A stretch of 64,000 bases of DNA from an uncultured Oscillospiraceae bacterium (lineage in GTDB: Bacteria; Bacillota; Clostridia; Oscillospirales; Oscillospiraceae). Numbering within the stretch: the stretch's first letter is position 1; each line of letters starts with the position of its first letter. The notes under the pieces are model-generated. The model saw only the letters and a list, made by a program, of their open reading frames with translations. It was not told the origin of the DNA and searched no databases. The stretch is from contig CAKTEQ010000001.1 in the NCBI GenBank assembly GCA_934552825.1, positions 390,068 through 454,067 of the forward strand. Reading direction: 5' to 3'. The translations under genes and the position numbers were made by a program. Positions 56,150-64,000 of the stretch are shown piece after piece.

Positions 56150-58658
56150 TTTCTTCCTCCGCGGTATCTCCGTTCTCCTCAGGCTCCTGCTCCGTGCGCG
56201 TGATGGAAATTACCTTTACACCCTCGGACACACGCATGAGGATTATACCCTGTGTGGCTCTGCTGTAAATATTGACGTCGCTCACCGCCATACGGATTAT
56301 TGTCCCGTCGTCTGAGATTATCATGATATCGTCGTCAGGCTGGACTATCTTTATACCGGCTACCTTACCGGTCTTTTCCGTGACATTATAGTTCTTCATG
56401 CCCTTGCCGCCGCGGCTCTGGGGCACTCCGCTCTCGCCCCGGACGTATTCGTCCAGTTCCGTACGCTTTCCGTAGCCGTTCTCCGTGACTGTGAGGAGAG
56501 TTGTGCCCTCCCGAGTTGCGGCAGCGCCGACTACATAGTCTCCCTCCCGGAGCTTTATGCCCCGGACGCCTACAGCCTCGCGCCCCATGGGACGCACGTC
56601 GTTCTCATCGAAGCAGATGGCATATCCGTCGTGAGTGGCAATGATTATATTCTTCTCACCGTCCGTCTTGAGAACAGCAATGAGCTCATCATCCTCGCCG
56701 AAGTTGATGGCGCGTATGCCGGACTGGCGGATATTCTTCAGCTGACTGAGCACGAGACGCTTCACTGTGCCGTTTTTCGTCACCATGTTCAGGAACACAT
56801 CATCGCTAAATTCCCGCATATGGATCATCGCCGTGACCCGCTCGCCCGCCTCGATAGGCAGGATATTTACGATATTCGTGCCCTTCGCGGTGCGGCCCGC
56901 CTCGGGAATGAGGTAGCCCTTCTTTCTGTACACCTTACCGGTGTTCGTGAAGAACAGGATATAGTCATGGGTGGAGGCGGAGAACAGCATCTCCACGAAG
57001 TCCTCCTCCCGTGTCGCCATGGCGGTTATACCCTTGCCGCCCCTCTTCTGGGCGCGGTAGGTATCGGCGGGCAGACGCTTTATATATCCCGCGTGAGTGA
57101 GGGTATAGACGCACTCCTTCTCCTCGATGAGATCTTCGATGTCTATATCGTCCTCCACGTCCTGTATCTCCGTGCGGCGCTCGTCTCCATACTTGTCTCT
57201 TATGGCGATGAGCTCTTCCTTCAGAACGCCCCTGAGCATCTCCTCGCTGCCGAGAAGTTCCTCGTAATAGGCGATCTTTGCTTCGATCTCCTTGTATTCC
57301 GCGTCCAGCTTTTCCCGGTCCAGACCCTGCAGCGCTTTAAGACGCATATCCAGTATGGCCTGTGCCTGCACGTCACTGAGACTGAAGCGCTCCATAAGGC
57401 GCTCCTTGGCGTTGTCGTAAGATGTGCGGATTATGTGGATGACTTCGTCGATGTTATCCTGAGCAATGAGCAGACCTTCAAGCAGATGGGCGCGCTCCCT
57501 GGCTTTTTTAAGGTCATACTGCGTGCGCCGGACGATTATTTCCTCCTGGAAGGCGATATATTCATCCAGTATCTGCCGCAGATTGAGTACCCGGGGCTGT
57601 GTCTGGTCGTGGACCAGGGCAAGCATGATTATCGAGAATGTGGACTGGAGCGCCGTCTGGGCAAAGAGCTTGTTGAGCACCACCTGGGGGTTCGCGTCTC
57701 TCTTCAGCTCTATGACCACGCGCATGCCGTTTCTGTCCGTCTCGTCTCGCAGATCGCTTATACCGTCAAGACGCTTATCTTTGACCTGCTCGGCGATATT
57801 CTTTATGAGCTGGCGCTTGTTCACCTGATAGGGCAGCTCTGTCACTATTATGCGGGTGCGGTGGTCCTTGCCGAACTCCTCAAAATCCGCCTTTGCGCGG
57901 ACTGTTATCTTTCCGCGCCCGGTGGCATACGCCGCGCGGATACCGCTGCGCCCCATTATGATGCCTCTTGTGGGGAAATCCGGTCCCTGAATATGCTCCA
58001 TCAGGTCGCTGAGGTCCGCCTCGGGGTTATCCAGAACGCAGACGCAGGCGTCGATCACCTCCCGCAGATTATGGGGCGGGATATTCGTCGCCATACCAAC
58101 TGCGATACCGCTGGAACCGTTAACAAGAAGGTTCGGGAATCGGCAGGGCAGTACTCTGGGTTCCTTACGGCTCTCGTCAAAGTTGGGGTCCCAGTTCACC
58201 GTGTCCTTGTCTATGTCCCGGAGCATCTCGTTTGATATCTTGCTCATGCGCGCTTCCGTATAACGGTAGGCCGCCGGAGGGTCTCCGTCCACGGAACCGA
58301 AGTTTCCGTGACCGTCCACCAGCATATAGCGCATGGAAAAATTCTGCGCAAGGCGTACCATCGCGTCATAAACGGAGCTGTCTCCGTGAGGATGGTACCG
58401 TCCCAGTACGTCACCTACGCAGGTCGCTGATTTTTTGTAGGGCTTATCGGCTGTGAGACCGTCCTCGTACATGGCGTAGAGTATACGGCGGTGGACCGGC
58501 TTCAAGCCGTCCCGCACGTCAGGCAGAGCACGTCCCACGATAACGCTCATGGCGTAGTCGATATAGCTGTTCTGCATTTCACTAACCAGTTCGGACTCGG
58601 TTATCACCTGATTGGGAAACGCGATATCCTCCGGCTTGTAATCTCTGTTGTGTCCCAT
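56142..58658 (-). CDS. gyrA: DNA gyrase subunit A
   Basis: [12 protein letters not shown], the active-site Tyr region [10 protein letters not shown] and a C-terminal beta-pinwheel; 838 aa. Confidence 0.97.
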   Translation of the reverse strand: MGHNRDYKPEDIAFPNQVITESELVSEMQNSYIDYAMSVIVGRALPDVRDGLKPVHRRILYAMYEDGLTADKPYKKSATCVGDVLGRYHPHGDSSVYDAMVRLAQNFSMRYMLVDGHGNFGSVDGDPPAAYRYTEARMSKISNEMLRDIDKDTVNWDPNFDESRKEPRVLPCRFPNLLVNGSSGIAVGMATNIPPHNLREVIDACVCVLDNPEADLSDLMEHIQGPDFPTRGIIMGRSGIRAAYATGRGKITVRAKADFEEFGKDHRTRIIVTELPYQVNKRQLIKNIAEQVKDKRLDGISDLRDETDRNGMRVVIELKRDANPQVVLNKLFAQTALQSTFSIIMLALVHDQTQPRVLNLRQILDEYIAFQEEIIVRRTQYDLKKARERAHLLEGLLIAQDNIDEVIHIIRTSYDNAKERLMERFSLSDVQAQAILDMRLKALQGLDREKLDAEYKEIEAKIAYYEELLGSEEMLRGVLKEELIAIRDKYGDERRTEIQDVEDDIDIEDLIEEKECVYTLTHAGYIKRLPADTYRAQKRGGKGITAMATREEDFVEMLFSASTHDYILFFTNTGKVYRKKGYLIPEAGRTAKGTNIVNILPIEAGERVTAMIHMREFSDDVFLNMVTKNGTVKRLVLSQLKNIRQSGIRAINFGEDDELIAVLKTDGEKNIIIATHDGYAICFDENDVRPMGREAVGVRGIKLREGDYVVGAAATREGTTLLTVTENGYGKRTELDEYVRGESGVPQSRGGKGMKNYNVTEKTGKVAGIKIVQPDDDIMIISDDGTIIRMAVSDVNIYSRATQGIILMRVSEGVKVISITRTEQEPEENGDTAEEENA

Positions 58659-58682
58659 ATGTTCATTCTCCTTCGGTTGGAG

Positions 58683-60632
58683 TTAAATATCCAGATTCAT
58701 CACGTACTTCGCGTTGCGCTCGATCCACTCCCGGCGCGGCTCGACCTCCTCGCCCATGAGCACGGTGAATATTTCGTCGGCCTTCAGCCCGTCCTCGAGA
58801 GTAATCCGGCGCAGGGAACGCTTCTCCGGATCCATCGTTGTGTTCCACAGTTCGTCGGGATCCATCTCACCGAGACCCTTGAAGCGGTTTATCTCGACTC
58901 TCGCGTTGGGGTTATCCGCGCGCATCTCCGCGGAGATGCGGTCGCGCTCCTCGTCGGAGTAGGCAACTCTCTGTGTCTTGCCGCGGCTGAGCTTATAGAG
59001 AGGCGGCACTGCGGAATAGACGTATCCGTTCTCTATGAGCGGGCGCATATAGCGAAAAAAGAAGGTGAGCAGCAGCGTTCTGATATGGCTTCCGTCCACA
59101 TCGGCATCCGCCATGATGATTATCTTATGATAACGAAGCTTTTCAATGTTGAACTCCTCGCCTATACCGGCGCCAAGCGCCACGATAAGGGGATAGAGCT
59201 TATCGTTGCCGTAGATTTTGTCCGCCCGGGCTTTTTCCACGTTGAGCATCTTGCCCCACATGGCGAGTATCGCCTGGAAACGGGAATCTCTGCCCTGAAT
59301 AGCTGAGCCCGCGGCGGAATCGCCCTCGACGATATATATCTCGCAAAGGCCCGGGTCCCGTTCGTTGCAGTCCTGAAGCTTATCCGGCATCTGCCCGGAC
59401 TCCAGCCCCGTCTTTCTCCGAACGGATTCCCTCGCTTTTCTTGCCGCCTCCCTGGCGCGGGAAGCTGTCATCGCTTTTTCAACGATGCTCTTGCCCACAG
59501 CAGGATGCTCTTCAAGATATATCTCCAGCTTTTCTGTGACTATATTGTCCACGAGGGTACGTATTTCAGAGTTACCGAGCTTCGCCTTGGTCTGCCCCTC
59601 AAACTGCGCCTCTGTGAGCTTTACAGAGATTATCGCCGTGAGACCCTCGCGCACGTCCTCGCCGGAGAGCTTTTCGTTATCCTTCAGGAGCTTCATCTTC
59701 TGGGCATAGTTGTTCAGCGCACGGGTCAGAGCCTGCTTGAAGCCCGTCTCATGCATGCCGCCTTCAGGAGTGTGGATATTGTTCGCAAAAGAAACGATTA
59801 TTTCGTTATAGCTGTCGTTATACTGAAGAGCTATCTCCGCGATAGAGTCGTCCCGGGAGCCCTCCATGTATATTACCTCTTCGTGGACGGGAGTTTTGTT
59901 CCTGTTTATGAAAGATACAAACTCGCGGATACCGCCCTCATAGCACATGCTGTCATAACGCTCGCTCTCCGGTTTATCAGCGGAGACCGCGCGCTCGTCG
60001 GATATGGTTATTTTGAGTCCCGCGTTGAGAAATGCCTGCTCTCTCATGCGGGTGTGCAGCGTCTCATAGTCGTACACTGTCTCGTCAAACATCTCCGGGT
60101 CGGGTTTGAAGGTGACGGTCGTACCTGTATGATTGGTCGTACCGATTGTCTTCATCTCCTGAGTTATATTGCCCCGGGAGAACTTCATCTCATAGATATT
60201 TCCGTTCTTGTGGACCTGTACTGTCAGCCATTCGGAAAGGGCGTTTACAACGCTGGCGCCGACGCCGTGGAGACCGCCGGAGACCTTATAGCCGCCGCCG
60301 CCGAATTTGCCGCCGGCGTGGAGAACTGTGTATACGACCTCCAGAGCGGGACGTCCCGTCTGCTGCTGGATGTCAACAGGTATGCCTCGTCCGTTATCCA
60401 CAACTGTTATAACGTCACCTTCGCCTATGACAACATTTATCTCGCTGCAGTATCCTGCGAGAGCTTCGTCTATGGCGTTGTCAACTATCTCGTAAACCAG
60501 ATGGTGCAGACCGCTCGCGCTGGTTGAACCGATATACATACCGGGGCGCTTGCGGACAGCTTCAAGTCCTTCAAGAACCTGAATTTCCGAGGCGTTGTAT
60601 TCATGTGTGACGCCTAAATTTTCCATATCCAT
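58683..60632 (-). CDS. gyrB: DNA gyrase subunit B
   Basis: [18 protein letters not shown] ATPase, the Toprim motifs EGDSAGG and PLKGKILNVEKA-like ([11 protein letters not shown]). ATG at 60632 preferred; the maximal ORF reaches 60659. Confidence 0.95.
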   Translation of the reverse strand: MDMENLGVTHEYNASEIQVLEGLEAVRKRPGMYIGSTSASGLHHLVYEIVDNAIDEALAGYCSEINVVIGEGDVITVVDNGRGIPVDIQQQTGRPALEVVYTVLHAGGKFGGGGYKVSGGLHGVGASVVNALSEWLTVQVHKNGNIYEMKFSRGNITQEMKTIGTTNHTGTTVTFKPDPEMFDETVYDYETLHTRMREQAFLNAGLKITISDERAVSADKPESERYDSMCYEGGIREFVSFINRNKTPVHEEVIYMEGSRDDSIAEIALQYNDSYNEIIVSFANNIHTPEGGMHETGFKQALTRALNNYAQKMKLLKDNEKLSGEDVREGLTAIISVKLTEAQFEGQTKAKLGNSEIRTLVDNIVTEKLEIYLEEHPAVGKSIVEKAMTASRAREAARKARESVRRKTGLESGQMPDKLQDCNERDPGLCEIYIVEGDSAAGSAIQGRDSRFQAILAMWGKMLNVEKARADKIYGNDKLYPLIVALGAGIGEEFNIEKLRYHKIIIMADADVDGSHIRTLLLTFFFRYMRPLIENGYVYSAVPPLYKLSRGKTQRVAYSDEERDRISAEMRADNPNARVEINRFKGLGEMDPDELWNTTMDPEKRSLRRITLEDGLKADEIFTVLMGEEVEPRREWIERNAKYVMNLDI

Positions 60633-60701
60633 GATATATTTTCCTGCCTTTCTTTGCAAAAGGTTATGTAAGCATTTTCAAAATCAGAAAATGCGCGTTT
60701 T

Positions 60702-60962
60702 TTATTCAAATATGTTGTTTTCAGCGCGCTTAAGGAGAGTGGCACTTGCCATCTGGGAGATATAAACTCTGAAATCTCCCCCTTCACTGCACACAACAAA
60801 AGACTTTGGCAGCTCTTCGCTCACGTTTATAACTCTCCCCGAAAGCTCAGCTTTCCTCAAAAACTCCCGGGTATCCAGATCCGCTGTTGTGTTATCGAGA
60901 TCAAATATACCTACTATAGTCTTGGTACTTACTACCGTACCCTGCCCCAGGTGGAGATACAT
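60702..60962 (-). CDS. remB: DUF370 protein (RemB/YaaB-like)
   Basis: MYLHLGQGTVVSTKTIVGIFDLD resembles B. subtilis YaaB. Conserved position between recF and gyrB. Confidence 0.75.
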   Translation of the reverse strand: MYLHLGQGTVVSTKTIVGIFDLDNTTADLDTREFLRKAELSGRVINVSEELPKSFVVCSEGGDFRVYISQMASATLLKRAENNIFE

Positions 60963-60968
60963 AATTAT

Positions 60969-62069
60969 TCATTCCTCCGTGAGTATACCGTCTGCCATGC
61001 GCATTACCTTACCCGGCGCTCCCGGCAAAGTATCATTGCAACAGGTTATTATGACCTGTCCGGTTTTTATCCTATCCACAACGTACCCCGCCCGCTTTGA
61101 GTCCAGCTCGCTGAGCACGTCATCGAGAAGCAGGACCGGAGCGTCACCCGTATCCTCGGTGAATAAATTCAATTCCGCCATTTTAAGGCTGAGCGCTGCC
61201 GTGCGCACCTGCCCCTGACTGCCGAAAGAGCGCACGCTGCGCGAATTGATTTTAACCTCAATGTCGTCTTTATGAGGTCCTGAGAGACATGTTCTCGCGG
61301 CTTTCTCCGCTTCTCTGTGCCTTTCAAGGTGCTCTATTAATTCAGAGCATATGTCTTTCACGCTGCCGAGAGGGTCTCTTACCGCGCTGACAGTCTTGTA
61401 CTCCAGCTCGATTTTTTCCGCGCTGCCGGTGAGATCGCTATGTACATTTTCAGCCATTGAACGCAGTCTCTCACAGAAATACGCCCTGTATCTGATCACA
61501 TAAGCTCCTGTCTGGCACATTCTGTATTCAAAATCCGGAAGAACTTTAAGAAGGTCAGGTTTTTCCTCCCAATCCTTCAATATTCTTGCTTTATGGTCAA
61601 GAAGCTTTTCATATTCTGTGAGATATTCGTCGTATTTAGGTCTTAATTGGCAGATGGCATTATCCATAAAACGGCGCCTTCCGCCCGCTCCTTCTCTGAG
61701 AATATAAAGATCATCCGGACTGAAGATAACCGTTTTCAAAAAAACTGACATCTCCGAGACTTTGCTGTTGACACCGTTTATGAGAACTTTTTTCTTCATT
61801 CCGCGACCCATGCGGACATCTATTTTATTCTCCCGCCCCCGGCTGGATACATCTCCGTTTATATAAGCAAATTCCGACCCGAAGTTTATAAGTTCCCTGT
61901 CAAAGCGTGTGCGCCAGCTTCTGCCGGAGGACAAAAAATACACGCTCTCCAGAAGATTTGTCTTTCCCTGGGCATTTTCGCCGCAGATTACGTTTACGCC
62001 GGGGCTGAACTCAGCCTTCACGTCTTTCAAATTACGGAAATTTTCAAGAGTAACAGAATTTATCCTCAT
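60969..62069 (-). CDS. recF: DNA replication and repair protein RecF
   Basis: Walker A GENAQGKTN, signature FGSQGQ, Walker B LLLDDVLSELD. Confidence 0.95.
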   Translation of the reverse strand: MRINSVTLENFRNLKDVKAEFSPGVNVICGENAQGKTNLLESVYFLSSGRSWRTRFDRELINFGSEFAYINGDVSSRGRENKIDVRMGRGMKKKVLINGVNSKVSEMSVFLKTVIFSPDDLYILREGAGGRRRFMDNAICQLRPKYDEYLTEYEKLLDHKARILKDWEEKPDLLKVLPDFEYRMCQTGAYVIRYRAYFCERLRSMAENVHSDLTGSAEKIELEYKTVSAVRDPLGSVKDICSELIEHLERHREAEKAARTCLSGPHKDDIEVKINSRSVRSFGSQGQVRTAALSLKMAELNLFTEDTGDAPVLLLDDVLSELDSKRAGYVVDRIKTGQVIITCCNDTLPGAPGKVMRMADGILTEE

Positions 62070-62272
62070 ACTATTTCAAAATTCTCGCCTTCAACGATGA
62101 ACACATCTCCCGGGCGAAGCTTCTTCCCCCGCTGAGTGCATACTTCCCCGTTAACACTGACGCATCCCTCTGAAATTATTATTTTGCCCTCCCCCCCGGT
62201 CATGGCAATGCCGGTAAATTTCAGAGCGGCGTCCAGCTTTATGTACTCTGTCTCTATTTTAATTTTTTCCAT
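62066..62272 (-). CDS. yaaA: S4-domain RNA-binding protein YaaA
   Basis: 68 aa; IKLDAALKF..GGEGK..V.VNGE...RGKKL.GD pattern. Sits between dnaN and recF. Confidence 0.8.
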   Translation of the reverse strand: MEKIKIETEYIKLDAALKFTGIAMTGGEGKIIISEGCVSVNGEVCTQRGKKLRPGDVFIVEGENFEIV

Positions 62273-62283
62273 ACTTTTTTTCC

Positions 62284-63390
62284 TTATTTAAGGCGCACGG
62301 GCAGCACCATATAGACGAATTTTTCTTCTCCCTCGGCGGGTACTATTATCGCCGGAGAAATGCTCGTGTTAAGCTCTATCTTTATGCTTTCCGCGCTGGC
62401 GTTCTTCACGGCGTCAAGAATATATTTATCGTTGAAGCCTATCTCAAGACCGCCGCCGTCACCTGTAATGGCACAGGTATCGCTGGCTGTACCGATAGTT
62501 CCGTGAGTATTAAGATTAACGACTCCGTCTTCAAACTTGAAACGAACAGGCGTTTTAACCTTGTCGCTGATAATAAGAGCTACACGCTCTATTGATGATA
62601 TCATGCTCTTTTTATCAACGATAACAGATACTGGATTATTTCTGGGTATAGCTTTCTTATAATTCAGAAAATCACCTTCAAGACGGCGGGAAACAAGAAC
62701 AGTATCACCGATGTTAAATACTACGTACTTACTATCTTTCCTTATAAGAACATCCTCGTCCTTGTCCTGGCATATTCTCTCCACCTCTGTAAGAGCTACG
62801 CCGGGCACGACGAAGCTGTTCACACCGAGGTCCTTGTCGCTGATCTTCTCTTTTCTCATAGCGAGACGATAACCATCCACGCTGACAATCGTCAGATTGC
62901 TGCCATCCACATCGAAAAGAGACCCAGTGTGAACAGGGCGCGCCTGATTATCGCTCACAGCGAAAATCGTCTCTCCGATCATGCTCTTGAGTATATTCTG
63001 CTTCACGGTAATGCCGTCATCCTCTTCGACTGTGTTCAGCTTAGGATAGTCCGCCGCATCTATAGCCATGATTGAGAACTTACTCATGCCGCTCTCAATC
63101 GTGACGTTGAGCTTCTCATCACAGGTAAGAGTTATCATATCGTCCGGCATTCTGCGTATGATCTCGCCGAAAAGGCGGGCATCGAGAACGGCACTTCCCA
63201 TCTCTTCAATGATTCCGGAGACAGCGGTTCTTATGCCTGTCTCAAGGTTATATCCTGTGAGCATTATTTTTTCGCCTACCTGGACAAGAATTCCCTCGAG
63301 GGCAGGTATAGTGCTCTTTGAAGCGACTGTTCTTGAGACAGTGCCGATTCCTGAAGAAAGCAATGCTTTTTCACAACTGAACTTAAACAT
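62284..63390 (-). CDS. dnaN: DNA polymerase III beta sliding clamp
   Basis: 368 aa with three-domain clamp signature and a C-terminal YMVLPVRL. Confidence 0.95.
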   Translation of the reverse strand: MFKFSCEKALLSSGIGTVSRTVASKSTIPALEGILVQVGEKIMLTGYNLETGIRTAVSGIIEEMGSAVLDARLFGEIIRRMPDDMITLTCDEKLNVTIESGMSKFSIMAIDAADYPKLNTVEEDDGITVKQNILKSMIGETIFAVSDNQARPVHTGSLFDVDGSNLTIVSVDGYRLAMRKEKISDKDLGVNSFVVPGVALTEVERICQDKDEDVLIRKDSKYVVFNIGDTVLVSRRLEGDFLNYKKAIPRNNPVSVIVDKKSMISSIERVALIISDKVKTPVRFKFEDGVVNLNTHGTIGTASDTCAITGDGGGLEIGFNDKYILDAVKNASAESIKIELNTSISPAIIVPAEGEEKFVYMVLPVRLK

Positions 63391-63603
63391 GAGAAAGACC
63401 TCCGTTTTTATAAATAGAAAAAATATAAGTTATTTAGGAGTAAAAGCAGTAGAGAGCTTTTATTGTGGAAAACCCTGTCGGACCCGCGAGAGAACAGAAT
63501 TTTTTATGTGTGAAAAAAAGTGGGTAATTTTTGAGTTTTCAACGGGAAAGAGGGAGAAAAAAAGTATCAACAGAAATTAACAAAAGTTTTCCACTTAAGT
63601 GGA
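63391..63603. other. dnaA-dnaN intergenic oriC sub-region (putative DNA-unwinding element, DnaA-trio-like array, degenerate DnaA boxes)
   Basis: AT-rich 63401..63434. TAG GAG TAA AAG CAG TAG at 63435..63452. TGTGGAAAA at 63464..63472. Palindrome TCCACTTAAGTGGA at 63590..63603. Confidence 0.5.
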
Positions 63604-64000
63604 TTATTTCCGATTGTTGATATTCGTCTTTATATCTTTCAGAGCATTTGAAAAATCCGGAGAAGAAGAGACATATTTTTCAATTTTTTTGATTGAATTA
63701 AGGACAGTGCTGTGGTCTCTGCCGCCAAACTCAGCGCCGATATCGTCAAGGGGCATATCCGTCATGTTTCTGATAAGGTACATGGCGGTCTGTCTCGCAA
63801 AAGTCGTCTCCTTTGTACGGAGCTTGCCTCTGATAGCGTTTTCATCGATGAGATAATACTGGGCTACCTCTTCGATTATTACGGAGGCGCTTGGCTTCAG
63901 ACTTACATCCGTCTTTATCATGTCCTGGACGGCTTTTGTAACTATGGAGGGATTAACGTCGCTCTCCATGACTTCAGTCAGGGCCATTATTTTCTTTACG
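63604..64000 (-). CDS. dnaA: chromosomal replication initiator DnaA (C-terminal part; the gene continues beyond the window)
   Basis: Domain IV DNA-binding signature (RQTAMYLIRNMTDMPLDDIGAEFGGRDHSTVLNSIKKIE). No start codon inside the window. Confidence 0.9.
   Translation of the reverse strand, partial: VKKIMALTEVMESDVNPSIVTKAVQDMIKTDVSLKPSASVIIEEVAQYYLIDENAIRGKLRTKETTFARQTAMYLIRNMTDMPLDDIGAEFGGRDHSTVLNSIKKIEKYVSSSPDFSNALKDIKTNINNRK

Overview
Origin-proximal, mostly housekeeping chromosome segment of a spore-forming Firmicute, probably Clostridia (gpr present; bulk GC looks about 55-60% by eye). I call about 60 intact protein genes. I recognised no rRNA, tRNA, CRISPR array, transposase, integrase or phage gene. 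Minus strand, right to left: dnaA (3' part, runs off the window)-dnaN-yaaA-recF-remB-gyrB-gyrA-small TM ORF-rnhA, trmL, pgk-tpiA-gpmI-eno, tadA, proBA. Plus-strand block (31.1-47.1 kb): gpr, noc-like parB paralog, two parS sites, soj-spo0J, coiled-coil ORF, serS, mscL, rsmG, an MGS-like gene, a T-box-controlled hisS-ORF-aspS operon, deoC, MBL hydrolase, rpmH-rnpA-yidD-yidC-jag, and an orphan ACP. Minus strand again from 31 kb leftwards: rpsT, miaB-mutS-mutL, a tyrosine phosphatase, marR, mnmG-mnmA, (plus-strand NTP-transferase fusion), gdpP-rplI-dnaB-tilS-ftsH, an XRE-membrane regulator with an ABC-2 transporter, lysR, and tetR with two ABC exporters. At the left edge on plus: GtrA, an HD hydrolase and a 3-hydroxyacyl-CoA dehydrogenase. 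I found no convincing novel multi-gene system such as a defence island. The most interesting points are: (1) the classic oriC-flanking gene cluster is displaced and points toward dnaA; (2) a tandem parS pair; (3) the architecture of the dnaA-dnaN spacer; (4) a catalytically substituted MGS homolog; (5) an uncharacterised ORF inside the hisS-aspS operon; (6) a BcrR-like membrane one-component regulator with its ABC module. The many long antisense ORFs in the track are GC-driven shadows.
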